A stretch of 64,000 nucleotides of DNA from the human T2T-CHM13v2.0 reference genome, Homo sapiens, in NCBI RefSeq assembly GCF_009914755.1, contig NC_060932.1. One strand, written 5' to 3'. Of the stretch, positions 28,758 through 45,534 are shown one piece after another (position 1 is the stretch's first letter; each line of letters opens with the position of its first letter). The position numbers and the translations under genes are program-made. Below the pieces are notes generated by a model. It did not search any database and had not been told where the DNA came from. It worked only from the letters and a program-made list of their open reading frames with translations.

Positions 28758-31569
28758 ATTCTTGACACCAGAACAATGTCGTTTCTTGGTTTTCCTTGCT
28801 TTGTTCCCCTCCTCGAAGATGTTTCTTTCTTCTGTTCCTTAAATGTAGGTTGTTACCAAGATTATGTTATTGACCCTGTCTTTGTATCTGAATGATCTAA
28901 TCAATACATCTGTTTTCAGCAACCAACCATAAGTTTATATCTTTCTGTCCATTTTTTTTTCTTTTGAGATCTGGACTGCAAATTTCAGCTGCTTCTTAAA
29001 TATTTTCTTTGGATATTTTAGTGGTGCCTAACACATTCAAAACTAAACTCAGTATAATTTTTTATTCCCTATTTCATACTTCATTATTCACTCTTTCAGT
29101 TAATAATGGCACTATTTCCCTCTTAATACTGTCAATTTCAGCACTACCTTGATTCTGCCTTCTTTCTTCCCTGCACATGGTTGATGTTTTACAAAAGCCT
29201 CCACCACCCCACCAATTAAATATCCTAGGCAAAACATCATAAATTTATTTCAGTAATTTTCTATATGATTTGTCTTCAGATTGTCAAACTGACTACTTCC
29301 ACTACATGTTTGAAAATATCTTCTTTAAAATGTTAACTCCAAAATTTAACACAGTCTTCCACATACCACAAAGTACAATATATATACTTCTCAGATTTGT
29401 ATAGGGAACTTCTATTCAGTTGCTATTTGTCTTGAGCTTGTATGCTACTTGGAAACCGTGGATCTTTTTCACACGAACTACTCTTAAGACATTTTTACAT
29501 ATTTTATATGTCTACATTAGTTTATGAACCTACTTGGAAAGCTTTATACTTATTTCTATGAAATTTCACCTAATTGATTTTGGTCCACCATTAATGAAGA
29601 TGATACCTTTTAAAGTATCTGCTTAGCTGTAGTCACTTGTGCAATTCAGATGCACATGCTATTTTTGCTTTTAATATAATGGAACTAAAAATAACGTTTT
29701 TTACTAAGGTAAGAAAAATAGATTTATGTGATTATGATGTTATTTTAAAATAATTTAAAATAAGTGTTCCTCTTAACGTATCTTTAAATGTAATGCCAAT
29801 GTAAACCAGTCTTTATTATCTTGTATAATTTGTTTCAGAATTAAGTAGTATAAATTTTTTAACTTTACCAAATTGTGATAAATTAAAAATAATTTAAAAT
29901 TTTACCCATCGCACATGGGAAACTTTTGGTCATTGTTATTGGAAAGGAAAGCCACAATTACAACTCTAATCTCTGTAAATTAACTGTTACATTGGGAGGT
30001 AGTTCTTTGTCTTGATTAAAACATACCAGCAAACAGACACACTCTTTTGGTTCACCATTTGGAGTTGGTTGGTTAGAATATATTGTTTAGGAGTTTTAAA
30101 AATGGAGACAGTATTTTATATTGTAAGTTTTAATTTGTAGGGAATGTCTTTTTTGGTTTCAAAAAATTCTGCTCCTAATGTAGAAATAAGTGAATTGCCT
30201 TGAAGTTATATGTTTAGTATTTTTGACAGAACATATGAGTAAGAATGCTTATATATTGTAGCAATTAAAGACAATTCACATTTGTGGTTTGGGCATAAAT
30301 GTGTAAAAATTATACCCATCTATCTTATTACATTTCCTCTTTCCTCCCTGAGGACGTTACTATGTATTTTATCTGTAATTGTTGCCAGTTTTCTATCACG
30401 TTCCCACTGGGCTTTTGGTGCAAAAAATCTTATCCTCTTGATGACAGAGCTTGCCTGAATGATTTCATGCTCCTAGCATTTTTGTTCACGGGAATTAGGG
30501 GCAAAATGTAACTACAGCTGAACAGAGCGTCTATTTTTGTAATTTTGGAGTTTAGGCTCTGTTATTGGAACTAAATGAAGAGATGCAGGTGTTCTCCAGT
30601 CCAAGCCCTTTGGGAGTTTTGATGGTAGATGCTTGAAAAGAAAATGCATGTGTTTCCACAGTCAAACAGCAGCTGTGAGACAAGGATTTATGCTTTTCTC
30701 AGAACTTTGGGATTTCAAAATGTTACATTTAATCACAAGCCCAGAAAGGGGAGCAAATGTTAAAGATGTTACGCATAAAAGTAAGTTTACTGATTTCTTT
30801 ACCATACGAACTAGTTGTGGGAACATAGGAACAAAGTACTTTTTAATCATAATGCAAACAATTTCTAAAGGATTATGATAATTGTAAGGACATTGCCTTT
30901 TGAAAATGTTACATTTGTAGTGCAGAGAATTTTTTTATCCTACTAATTTCCTAAAATATATTGATATTTTTTCCCGTTAAGAGATGCAAACACATACACA
31001 CACAAGACGAAAGGTGTGGTAAACTATTTGCCATATGCATTTTAATTTTTTTCCCCAAAAAGTTTAATAAATATCTTATTGTAAAAACAATATTTTCAAG
31101 TACTAGAAATGTCAAGTTCTAGCTAGGATACTAACTAAGGGAATTTATAGATATTTAAATACAGGTGTATATTTAAATGTTTACACAAAACAAAGCATAT
31201 GTATATGTTTAAAATATTTTTTCTTTTTTCAGATCATGAAATTACTTTGTGTTAGTTGATTTTCAAATTTATCTTTATTAAAGCACCACCTTGCAGTATT
31301 TCTTTGCCATTCTCCTATTTTTATTGCTCTACTTTTTTAGCATAATCATTCATTTATTCATCTAACAAGTATTTATTGCCTATTTTTTGTGCGTAGAACT
31401 ATAACGATGCATCAAAGTCTCTACAGTGAATCAACTTCTAATGAGGAGTAAGCATATAAACAACTACAGCTGAATAAATGAATGATATAAAGGCTTATTT
31501 TTTGGGTTCAGCTTCATCCATTATAAATTATGTTACTTTGAGCAAGTAAACCTTTCTGAGTATTGGTTT

Positions 31570-31873
31570 CTTTTTTTCTTTACTTTTTTTTTTGAGATAG
31601 AATCTCACTCTGTCATCCAGGAAGGAGTGCAGTGGTGCTTGCATCCTCTACCTCCTGGGCCCAAGAGATCCTCCTCCCTCAGTCTCCTGAATAGCTATGA
31701 CTACAGGCATGAGCTGCCACACCTGGCTAAATTTGTGTGTGTGTGTGTGTTTTTGTAGAGACAGAGTCCCACTATGTTGCCCAGGTTGGTCTTGAACTCC
31801 TACGTTCAAGCGATCTTTCCACCTTGGCCTCCCAAAGTGCTGGGCTTATAGGCGTGAGCCACAGCACCTGGCC
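31570..31873 (-). mobile_element. AluJ-like element inside a MIR
   Basis: caagagatcctcctccctcag, ctatgttgcccaggttggtcttgaac; MIR-like flanks (gagcaagtaaacctttctgag / ctataaaatggagata). Confidence 0.85.
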
Positions 31874-34221
31874 TAGTGTTGGTTTGTCACCTATAAAATG
31901 GAGATACTCTTATCTGCTTACTAAGATTGTTGTGAAGATTAAATACTGTATCCTCAAGTACATTGTAAACTTTAAAACATAATGTGGATTTTAAGTATTA
32001 ATTATTCTTTTCACAATAGTACCCTATATTAACCAGTGATTGAAAATGTAAGGTTTTTCTGAGTCATTTCTTTTCCTTCCTTAATCTCAACATCCCAGTT
32101 AATGGAATCCACTTTAAATTTTTTCTCAAGGTAAAAATTTGCAAACCTATGATTATGCATTTCTGAAGCTAGGAGCAAATCCTTTACCTAGTTTCGTTAT
32201 TCTCCTTCCACATTGAAATGTACCCTGGACGCTATGATGTTAGGAGTCAGGAACAGTTGCAATAGCAACAGGAAATTACTTTGCTTGCTTCCTTTGAAAG
32301 GTCCCAGATTCTGGAAGGATGCCAGAGGGAGAAATCCCTTGAGCCTTAAGGGTAACCAGTTTCCCTCATTTATATAGCACAAGGTCAAATTTTTTGCATT
32401 TTATTACTGCTTGTATAGTAAAAGTAAACTGGTATTCAGAGTAAATAGTAGCTTCATTAGTAAGTAGTAAATTAGTATACAAAAAGTATTCGGGTTGTAT
32501 ACTGGGCTGCAGGTGAACTTCACTAGAAAATACGGACTATCTCATAATTTGTTTAAAGTATGTTTTATATGGATCAAAAAGGTACCAGTATTACTTTATT
32601 TTCTACTTAGAAAATAATATACATTTTCTATGTGAGTTTTTATTTTTGCAACTCATAGCTTTTGTGTTTAAGACCCAATGACATTAGCCTTGTGATCCTG
32701 TGCAGATTTTGAAGTTGGCTGTATAGTAGCTTTCATATAGGCCAAAAGAGGAGTTGCTTTATAAAACACTTACGGGTGAAATTCACATCAATCTTTGCTA
32801 CCTGCCCCTTCTCCTAGTTGTTCTATACCCTCTAGAAAAAACCTCATTCTACTGACAGCCTTTGCATTCCTTTTATTCAGTTCAGTATACATGGGAGTCA
32901 TTCTTATACCATTGCATTGTTTTGTAAATAAGTGAGACTCAGTTGTCTGTTAATGTGTGAGAGTTTAAGTGTTTTACTGAGGATATTTCTGTTTTATTTT
33001 CACCTCCCTCTGACTTTTGCCCTTCCTCCTCCCCATCCCTTTCCTCTCCCCTCCCTTCCCAATTAATTACTCCCTTCTAAGCACAACCATAGCACTTTTG
33101 CTGTATCATGCTGCAAATAGTCTTAACTATTTATAGGATTCCTTCCCCATGAAGTTGGGAGTTCTTAACAGCAGGGAACCATAACTAGTGTATGATAGGT
33201 ATTCAGTAAATGTAGGCTGGTCCAAAGGAAATTATTTTTGCCATTTGGGCATAGCCCTATTGTTCGCAGGTACATATTTCATTTCTGAATTGCTCTATGG
33301 GGAAAAATGTAGTCTGGCTTCGGTCTGTTAAAGAATAATTTTTAAATGTAAAATCATAACTCTCATATAGAAATAAGACAAGTGCTAAAGATTTTATTTA
33401 ACTCATCATTAATGAGAGAACCAGGCATATGTTACAACTAGATCAAAGGAGAATTTAAAAAACAGAGGCATTTGTTGATCAGTAATATCAAAATAGATTT
33501 GGAAATGAACAAACTGGCTTTTCCCTTAATGGGGAAATGAGATCAATTGAACTTCTACCTGACAGAATTTGCGTACCTTCAGTCAATAATTATTTTGCAT
33601 TGCTATCAGTTATCTATAATTTACTGATTTGTAAAATAGTGTAAAGGCAATGAAAGGTGCAGAGTAACATAGAGTCAGAATCAGATAACCTGCAAGGGTG
33701 TGCTTTTAAAAACACAGAGCTCTACATTGAAGCACAAGTTATTTCCTAAGAGGCTTGCTAAATTCCAGATGGCTAGGATATTTCTAGCTATGGGTGGTTT
33801 AAATATAGAGGCAGATCAGAAATAATTTTGTGAAGGTTTAGTGCATGGTGGGAAAATTAAAGAGAAATGATACCACCGGCAGAGGGCAGTAATGAAATAA
33901 CAGTTTTTTGAAGACAAAGGAAATATTGATTGTTGATAATTCTGGGATAATTCTGTTGACCTTAACTTGAGTTTTACTTTTCAAATATTGCCGTACTAGG
34001 TTCCTTTCAGCCAGCTGCTTTGCCAATACCTGGAACGTGCCAGAATAAGGCTCATTTTGGTTTTGTTTTAGGCTTTGTTAATGAAGTAAATAAATAAAAT
34101 ATTCTAACCTGGTTTTAGTTAAGTAAATAATGTGTTCTAACTTCTAAGTACTTTTTCTGTATGGCAGATATTTGAGTATCTGTTGTAGATTAGGTGTTGC
34201 TTTAGGTATTAAGGAGATATA

Positions 34222-34245
34222 TGTGTGTGTGTATCTATCTGTCTG

Positions 34246-34288
<43 letters not shown>

Positions 34289-34290
34289 CT
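34222..34290. repeat. (TG)n-(TCTG)-(TCTA)~10 compound STR
   Basis: tgtgtgtgtgtatctatctgtctgtctatctatct... Confidence 0.92.
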
Positions 34291-34499
34291 CCCTCCGTAC
34301 TGTATAGATAGATAGATACATCTCCTTATCTATGATGAGTTATGATATGATCTATGATAGATGGATATATGTAGCTATCTACACACATGAGAGTTTCCAA
34401 GCCTCACCAAAGTAACATTCTGTTGATTATGATATTTTAATTTTAGTAGTTAATTTATTCTATTTTTTATGAGAATAAAACACTTAATATAGTATTATT

Positions 34500-35350
34500 T
34501 AAACTATCAGAAGTCTTTCTTTGAATGTAATAATGACATCATCTAATTTCCACTAAAAGATAAAAATCTAAAATATTGTGAAAATATCTATCTGGAAATA
34601 TATGATAGCCAAAGTTATATAAAACTTAGTTATAGATAAATAATAAAAATGCAAATACACCATAGGAAAATGGCCAAAGGGGACAAAAGTAAGAAGCACA
34701 AATGATCAAAACACATAAAAAATTCAAATTAACAAGTAGTCAAAGAAATCGACATTAAAACACTAAGGAACATTTTTTTACCTGTGAAATTGATAAATGT
34801 TTACTAAATGATAAAACAAAGCTGAGGAATTTATAATGAGATGAGTATGTCCATAAAAGTCTGGCAGGTGTATGAATTAGTACAGAGCCTCTAAAAATCA
34901 ATTTAGCGAAGTTTATGAAGAATTTAAGAGTGGTTATCTTTTATAATCCCACTTCTAAAACTATATCCCAAGTGAGTAATCCAAGATGCGTTTGAAAGAC
35001 TTATATTTGAAGTATAAGGGTATTTATGTCAGCTTATTTATGATAATCACAAATTATCTTTGTTGTCTAATAGTAGGCAAATTACCTAATAAATCAGTAT
35101 ATTCCTAGAAGGATATTGATGTCAAAGGAAAATGTTCATATTAAAAGCTTGTGTGAAAAAATAAAAGTATAAACCTACATATAAGATTCCAGTTTTGTAA
35201 AATTTCTTCAGTATATACATATGAATATATGCATGCATGTATATTTATGTATTCATAAAAATTACTTTTAATAGTGATTACCAGTGCTTAATGGGATTAT
35301 GGGTCAACTCCCAGTCATACTTTTACTCTTCTATGTTTTTTGATATTTTC
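34500..35350 (+). mobile_element. Old L1ME 3' region
   Basis: A-rich sequence, ccataggaaaatggccaaagg ... aatcccacttctaaaactatatccc; boundaries approximate. Confidence 0.5.
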
Positions 35351-35915
35351 TGCAAACATAATAGATATTAAAAAATATTTCTTCTCCAGAATTACTTATT
35401 TTCAACCAATTATTTAGAGAGAATTATGGTTATTTGGCTCACACATAGCATTCTTGCACACTTAATTCTTATATAACCTTTAATAATGAAATACAATTTC
35501 ATTTTTAAAGAATATATATACCCTGAAAGTCACAGAGTCTATAGCTCAATTTTTGAAGATGCTTTGAGGGGCAAGTGGGAGGGGTCTCAATATGTATGTG
35601 AATAAAATACCAAATTTTAAGATATCATAATTTACATTTCTCTTTGAATAGTTTTAGTCTAGTGACTAAAATATTTAAAATAACTTTATTTTTCTGATAA
35701 TTGTTTTCTAATTATAAATAAAATGTGTCTTCTTTTTGATGTATAGTTGGAATTTTATCATTAGTCAACTATCAGGTATAGTACAAATCAAAAGAACCTT
35801 CAATGACTTATGATCCAGCATCCAGATATTCACTTGAAAAATAGCTCTTTGACTATTTGCATGTATTTTGACATAGGAACAAAGATATTGATTGTCATAG
35901 TTAAACTCCAAGTTC

Positions 35916-36120
35916 AGCTGGGTGTGGTAGTTCATGCCTATAATCTCAGCACTTTGGGAGGCTGAGGTGGAAGGATCACTTGAGTCCAGGAGTTTGAGAC
36001 CAGCCTGGACAACATAGTGAGACCCCTGCCTCTATGAATGAATGAATGAATGAATGAATGAATGAAAGAAGGAAGGAAGGAAGGAAAGAAAGAAAGAAAA
36101 AGAAAGAAAGAAAGGGAAAT
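35916..36120 (+). mobile_element. FLAM/Alu monomer with (ATGA)n(GGAA)n(GAAA)n tail
   Basis: gctgggtgtggtagttcatgcctataatctcagcactttgggagg...gagacccctgcctcta then tetranucleotide repeats. Confidence 0.85.
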
Positions 36121-37213
36121 CAGGGTCAACTCATGAAATCTTTTTTTGTTAAACCTTCGATAAAGTTGAAATTTTCCAAATTCTTAATGGAAACTAATGG
36201 AAGTTAATACTCTAGATAATGATCTTACAGGAAGAGTTAAGAACAATAGTAAATTTGAATAATATCTAAAATCATCTAACTTCAGGTAAAATAGGTTTAG
36301 TTAGGAGAATGCTATATATACTTCTGTAGAGACACTATCAAAGTATTTTTCAGTGTATCTATAATAGGACATTAGAGTTTGATGATATTGCCGTTCTTTT
36401 TTGTTTTTACCCTCACTTCCAGTCAGTTCCTGTCTTCTTGATTTGGGCTTTATTTAGAATTATTAGCTATGGTTAGTGTTACTTTGGGCTCAAGTTGAGA
36501 ACTAGAAAGAACATTTCCTTGAGATAGCTGGATGAGTTGACAGAGATACAGGAAATGTCAAGAATCTAAAGACGATTCATTTCTATGTGGGCATGAGAAT
36601 TTCTGAAATAATGAGCTGTAGTTGACGAAAAGCAAGCAGAGCTTAGTGAATAATCTTTTCAGGAAGAAAGAAGGTGACCAGGCCAAAATGTATCACCTCT
36701 GCAGGGTGATAAATAGCCACTGAATGGAGAGGAAAGAGTGAAGGAGGAACAGGCAATATTAAAGTAAGTTGCTGGTAAGTTTTTAAAAAATCAGTTTGAT
36801 ATTGTTGAATCATTAATCATCAGTTATCCTAAAAACAAGATTTATTATAATGACTTATCCTGTGTAGAAAAATACATCTATTTTGAGTGGGAGACTTTCA
36901 AGATCATTTCTAGTCCAGAAGAAAAGAAAAGGCAAACATTTTATTTGGGCAAGTGTCATTAGAGTTAAGCATCTAGTGAGTGGAGGAGGTAAGACTGACT
37001 CTTGTTGTCTGGAGTTCTTTTTATTATGTATATTACTTTAAATGGCCATTTTCAGGTGACCATGTAGTTACCTGTATTCATTCAACACATATTTTCTTGG
37101 TGCTGGAACCTTATGATATAAAGATGAACGAGACCCTTTTATCTCTTATTAATGAGCTTATATGTAGTTCATTGATGGAGACGTACAGGTAAGTAGACAT
37201 TTAAAATGTAGTT

Positions 37214-37675
37214 TATTGTGGCACTATTCACAATAGCAAAGACTTGGAACCAACCCAAATGTCCATCAATGATAGACTGGATTAAGAAAATGTGGCACAT
37301 ATACACCATGGAATACTATGCAGCCATAGAAAATGATGAATTCATGTCCTTTGTGGGGACATGGATGAAGCTGGAAACCATCATTCTCAGCAAACTAACG
37401 CAAGAACAAAAAACCAAACACTGCATGTTCTCACTCATAGGTGGGAATTGAACGATGAGAACACTTGGACACAGGAAGGGGAACATCACACACTGGGGCC
37501 TGTCATGGGGTGCGGGGAGAGGGAAGGGATAGCATTAGGAGATATACCTAATGTAAATGACGAGTTAATGGGTGCAGCACACCAACATGGCACATGTATA
37601 CATATGTAACAAACCTGCACGTTGTACACATGTACCCTAGAACTTAAAGTATAATAATAAAAAAAAAAAAGAAAA
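37214..37675 (+). mobile_element. 5'-truncated L1PA (PA4-PA6-like) 3' end
   Basis: ORF2 end [16 protein letters not shown]...IGGN, 3' UTR and poly(A); TSD AAAA(T/G)GTAGTT at 37203-37213 and 37676-37686. Confidence 0.92.
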
Positions 37676-39971
37676 AAAAGGTAGTTCAAGGAATGCCACA
37701 AAACAAGGTATTATGAATTCACATTGAAAGAAATCCTTAACCCAGTCTTTCTGACTTGGAAAAGGATTCCTGGAATAAGTCATGTCTAAGATGAGTCCTT
37801 AATTAAGGGTTGGAGAAGAAACAATTGGTCAAGTTTGGCTAAACTGTAAATAATTTCTGTGGATTTGAAGATTTGAATGGGATGGGATCAATGGTAATAG
37901 TTTGTGCCTGATAAGATAAGAAAGCTCCCTCAGATTAAAACGGGCCTTGAAAGTCATTTTAAAGGGTTTGGACTGAGTGCCAAAGGAAATAGTTAAAAGG
38001 CTTTTTTTATATTTATGCTTTAGAAACTAGCATAGGCAGTAGTGTGGATGAGGATAAATGACAGGAGGCCATGAGAAAAGTTAGGAATATGTTGCAGTGA
38101 AAAAATGCTAATGTCAATGGAGAGAATTACACAGATTTGTGGAATATTAATGGGTTGGAATTACAGGAGGTGATTAATTGAATATGTTGGCCAAAAGAAA
38201 GAGCACAGTAGGCAAGCACCCAGGATGTGGATTTGAAGAGCTGGGTGGACAATAAAATGCCTTTTACTGAAATGAGGAACAAAGAAACAAGAACCAAGTT
38301 TTCTTTAGGGTAATAGAAGCAATAGATGTAATAATACTAATAGTTCTTTCTACGTGCCAGGAATTATTCTAAGCATTTTACAGAGAACATAGGCAGTTTG
38401 AATAAAGAACTCATATTCTTCACCATTACGTGAAACAGCACAGGCTATGGAGATTTCAGACTCTAGATAATTTATGATTCAATTCATTGAATTCTATTTA
38501 CTTTAATTTATTGGCTGCTAGCTGCATTCTAGAGGCTGGTATAGAAAGTTACTCAGTACAGGGCCCTGGTCAAGTAGTCTATATACACATACAACTAATT
38601 CTAATTTGACTTTCACAAATGATATAATTGATTGGGAGAGAAGTTCTGCTATCCAAAAATAGAGGAAAAAGAGATTAATTTGAATTGAAGAAGGGAGGAC
38701 TGAATGATATTAGAAAGATCTCTCAAGGAAGGATTGATATTTAAGCCTTGAGTGATAAAGGATTGCACATGAGTGGAAAATTCTTATTTTAGCATTGCAA
38801 ATATTTTCAATTAGCTTACATTGTTTTCTTTTAAATGGTAATTATTATTGGATGAAGACAATATTCCCATAAAAGTAAAAAATATATAATTGTTGTTAAA
38901 AAGTGTTTAGTACATATTTGTGGTAAGGTAATTTTTCCTCTACAGTATTTCAGAATATTCAGATAAGTATAATTAGGAATCATATTTAAAAATTTTAAAA
39001 GATTGTAGAATATAAGATTGGATTGTTATTGCTGCTTTGTTTTCTAAGACAAATTTTTAAAATTTGGATGTTGGGATTATTAGATTTAATCTAATTTATG
39101 TGGGTAAGCTTGGAGTTAATTATTAAGTAGAACTTGATTTTTAGCCTTAGAATAACAAATGCAGAAGTGAAGAAAACTTTTAATTGGATTTGTTGTTAAC
39201 AAAGCATGGCATAAGTATGCCTCAGCCAGCCTGTGAAAGGGATGACTTAACACAACTGTTGATGCATTTAGAGTGAAACATCTTTATCAAGTTAATATAA
39301 GAAGCAGTCATGCCCTACTTGAATTACTCATTTATAATAGCTGAACAGCAGCCTGCATGTGGACTTTGAAATCCTGGGAAAATAAGATGCCTGCATACAT
39401 CCAAATGTTGAAAGCTTTTACCCTTCAGCAGCTGGAAAATGTTGAGCTCTTTTGTCATCTACTAGGTTTTTGGCCCTCAGGGAGATGTGATCAATTTAAT
39501 TACTGACCAGCTTTATCTATTACTTTTAATGATTATAGTCGCTGAAGTAAGCCTCTGCAGTTTGTAGCTGAAAAGATCATGTTTAGATATTATGTTATTT
39601 AAAATCTATAAAAGTTAAACACATGGACCTAGATGTTTCTACTTTGCTCAGGTTTATCCCATATATTGGGATCACTAAAAATAGCAAATAATTTAGATAT
39701 CATAAAAAATAATTTATCCACCTTAAATGGAATCTAAAAGGGGCACACAATATACCCCATATATTGCAGTTCTTGGGTAAATTTTATATGTTATATCTAT
39801 TTTTGTGCAACTGTTTGTAACTTTCCTAAGATACAGACAGTGGTTTATTTTGAATCAGAACTACTTATAAACACACAATGCAACTAATTATTTGTGCTTC
39901 TTATTTAGCTTCTTTTCACTATCTTTTTGATGACTGGTCCAAAGGGGATTTTTAGAAAATAGCATGGAGTG

Positions 39972-41574
<1,603 letters not shown>

Positions 41575-42442
41575 AGAAAATAGCATGGAGTGATATGGCA
41601 TAGCTAAGACAAGATCCCTGTTATATGAAGGAAGAAATGTGTCTGTAACATTAAAGCTGTTACTCTGGAATTCTAATTCTGGATCTTAATCTTGGTGTAA
41701 ATCACTTGAGCTCAATTTGATTGTTTCTTAATCTGTTAAATGGTTGCAATGCCAGATACTGAATACTGTTGTGTTGTCCATTGCATAAAGACACCCTTTT
41801 AAAGAGGTCACCATTCATGTTGCAAACTAAGTTAATTTGTTTATTATTATTGCTGTTCTCACAAATTGGTGTATTATGACAGTATTCTACAGATCGAAGT
41901 AAAAATAAGGATGGCATCATGTGGCTGGTGGTGGCTGTGGATGACATTGATGATCCTATGTTTGACTAGTTTCTCCTTTTTAGTTGATGTGTTAAAAATA
42001 TTTGTTGGTATTAGAAAATGTAAGAGCTTATCTTCATTGACAAACATTTGATCATATATGTAGATGCATTATGCTAGTGACATACTGAGATTTTACAGAT
42101 AAAATAAGCAGTAGAAAACAGTTAGGGAGATATATTGGAAATTAATTTAAAAATTGTCTCTTGGTACTAGGTGATAAAATGTCCTAAAATTTCAAAATAA
42201 AAAAGAAGTTTTACATCATTAATATGTATGATATTTTACTTATATAATAACTTTATATACAGGTTAATGATACATCTATAAACAGCCTAAAGGAAAAAAG
42301 ATTAATGAAATAAGTATCTTTTGAAAGAGGTTAAGTAATGGATTTTATGATCAGAAGGGACTTGTTCTAAAGTTGACAGAAGAATCTAAAGTGGTCAGAA
42401 ACTGTGTTCAAATAAAAGCTACAGAACATATATGTATGTATG

Positions 42443-43147
42443 AAAACTCCTTGACTTATGATGTTACAGCTTGATAAATGCTTTGTAAATAGAAAATATT
42501 AAGTAGAAAATGTATTTGATACATCTAACCTATTGAACACTATAGCTTAGCCTGGACTACCTTAAATATTCTCAGAACACTTACATTGGCCTTCAGTTGG
42601 GCAAAATCATCTAGCAACACAGTGCACTGTAGAGTACAGATTGTTTACCCTTGTGATCACTTTCTGCCGCTGCCCAGCATCACAAGAGAGTAGCATACTG
42701 TATATCGCTAGTCCAGGAAAAGATCAAAATCAAAATTTGAAGTAGAAGGCCAGGCGCAATGGCTCATCCCTATAATCCCAGCACTTTGGAGGGGAGGTAT
42801 AAGGATTGCTTGAGCCCAGGAATTTGAGGCCAACCTAAACAACATAGAGAGACTCTGTCTCTACAAAGAATAAATTTAAAAAAATTAGCTGGGCATGGTA
42901 GCATGCCCCTGTAGTCCCAGCTACTTGGGAGGCTGAGATGGAAGGAGCACTTGAACTCAGGAGGTCAAGGCTGCAGTGAGCTCTGTTTGCATCACTCCAC
43001 TCCATCCTGGGCAATACAGTGAGACCCTATCTCAAAAAAACAAAAGGAAGTATAGTTCCTATAGTTTCTATTGACTGCATATGGCTTTTGCACCATCATA
43101 AAGTTGAAAAATTTTATGCTGAACCATTGTAAGTTGGGGACCATCTG
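42443..43147. mobile_element. MER47/Tigger5-like DNA transposon interrupted by AluJ (42748-43045, +)
   Basis: ctaacctattgaacactatagcttagcc...cagttgggcaaaatcatc ... gtaagttggggaccatctgta. Confidence 0.8.
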
Positions 43148-43599
43148 TACATTATGTAAATATTAATTCTAAAAATGAGTTTGGAGTTTATTCATTTGCC
43201 TTTTTTGTTACCCTTTTAATTATCTATCCAAATATTACCTGTGTACATATAATTTCTGTGCCAGATCAGGGCAAGGATGTGAAGAGCATTTATTGTTCTA
43301 GAAGCTATAAATTTTTAATAAACTTTTTTTCACTGGAAATAAGGATAATATCTATGTAATTAATGATAGAAAAATATTTTGGAAGTACTACATATTTATA
43401 TATAGGTAGGACATATGCTAGATTCTTATTTCTAATATTACTACAATATGCCATTTTTTCTAATACATAAAATGGAAACCTGGACTGAATGTAAATTTGA
43501 ATGAATTTTTCTAGTATAGTTAAATCTTTCTTTACTCTAAAAACAAGCAAAACCTTATCTGTGCATATTGTGAATGCATATTTATGCAAGGATGGTAAT

Positions 43600-43968
43600 T
43601 GCTGTGGTCTGAATGTGTCTCCTAAAATTCCTATGTTAAAACTTAATCACCAATGTGATAATATTAGGAAGTGGGTCCTTTATGAGGTAATTAAGTCACA
43701 AGGGTTGGCCCTTGTGAATGGAATTAGTGACCTTATAAAAGAGGTTGAAGGAAGCACTCATCTTTCCTTATTGTCCTTCTGCCACGTGAGGACATAGCTT
43801 TCAGGTCTCCATCTTGGAAACAGAGACCAGGACTTCACCAGATAGTAAACCTGCAGGCATCTTGATCTTGGACTCCCTAGGTTCCAGAACTGTGAGAAAT
43901 AAAGTTCTAATATTTATAGATTACACAGTCTTGAGTATTTTGTCATAGCAGCACAAATGAACTAGAAG
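43600..43968 (+). mobile_element. MSTC/MSTD/MLT1A-like solo LTR
   Basis: tgctgtggtctgaatgtgtctcctaaaattc ... ccagaactgtgagaaataaa ... atagcagcacaaatgaacta. Confidence 0.8.
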
Positions 43969-45194
43969 AGTGATAAACACCAATTTAAGTATAAATATTT
44001 GTGTATTTATATATATATATATGAGGGGGAGGGATTTTTTGAAGACATCTCGTGTACTCATGTGAAATACATTTCTCAACAAATTCAGAAAATTTGAGAC
44101 TTTAGATGCTAAAATGTAAAATGAAAGTAAGGTTTTTATAGGGTTTATTTGCTTATTGATCTGAAATTCTGATGACAAAACTTAGTTTAGATTTTTCTTT
44201 TTTTCTTATATTGAAACCAAGTGAAAGATTTTGTTTGAAATTGGCTATTGTTTCATTTTAGGCAGCCCTTTTTGAGATGCGCATAGGAGCTCTGCATTGG
44301 TTTTTCACTAGCTGTTAGAACTTTGTTCTTTTTAATGTCAACCTCTTAACAGCCTAAAGTATTAATCCTTGTAATCACATTTGTAACTTTATATTTTGGT
44401 GAAATTAGGAAACTTGTCAGCTATTTTCTTATTAAAATAATGTTTTTTAAATAATTGTTATATGAATCAACTAGGTCTAAGGGTTTGTGTAATAAGACAT
44501 CATTACTTCATATTGAGTAATATGTAAAATCATGTGCTAATTCTTTTCTTCCTTTTTTCTTTTTACAAAATGAAAATGTCATTTTACTGTTCTGATAAAT
44601 GCATAATGCAAAAATTCCCATGGAAAGAAAAATATTAAGAAGTGTTAGCAATCTGAAACTATGTGCTAGTGGTTAGCTAGTGTTTATGTTTTGGTGAACA
44701 TCGTTTTAGACAATTTTCTATGCAACGTTAGATAAACATAGAATTGTACACGTATGATTTTGTACCCATACATTTTCTTCTGTACCTGCCTTTCCACTCA
44801 ACAGTGTTTTAAAGCCATCTTTCTATGCCACTAAATACAGTTTTTCTTCCTCATTTTAAGTGACATTGTAGCATCCTGTTGTTGGCTGTCTTGAAATTAA
44901 TTAATGTCTTCTTGCTGGGTAATACATTATTGGTGGATATTTGGATATTGGGATTTTTCTAATTTTTTACCAATAGAAAGAAGGGCTGAGTTTTGTTATA
45001 TTCATCTTTTTGAGCTTGCCTGACAGTAACTTTATTAAAGGCATGTTTTGGTGCATTATTTTGCCCTTGATAAACATTGTCAAAAGTTTATTCTTCAAAT
45101 ATTAGTGCTAAATAAGTTTAACTACAAATTTTATGATGCAGTGGCTAACTTTTCAGAGAGTTCCAGTGAGTCTTTCTTGTCTATATCATAATTA

Positions 45195-45534
<340 letters not shown>

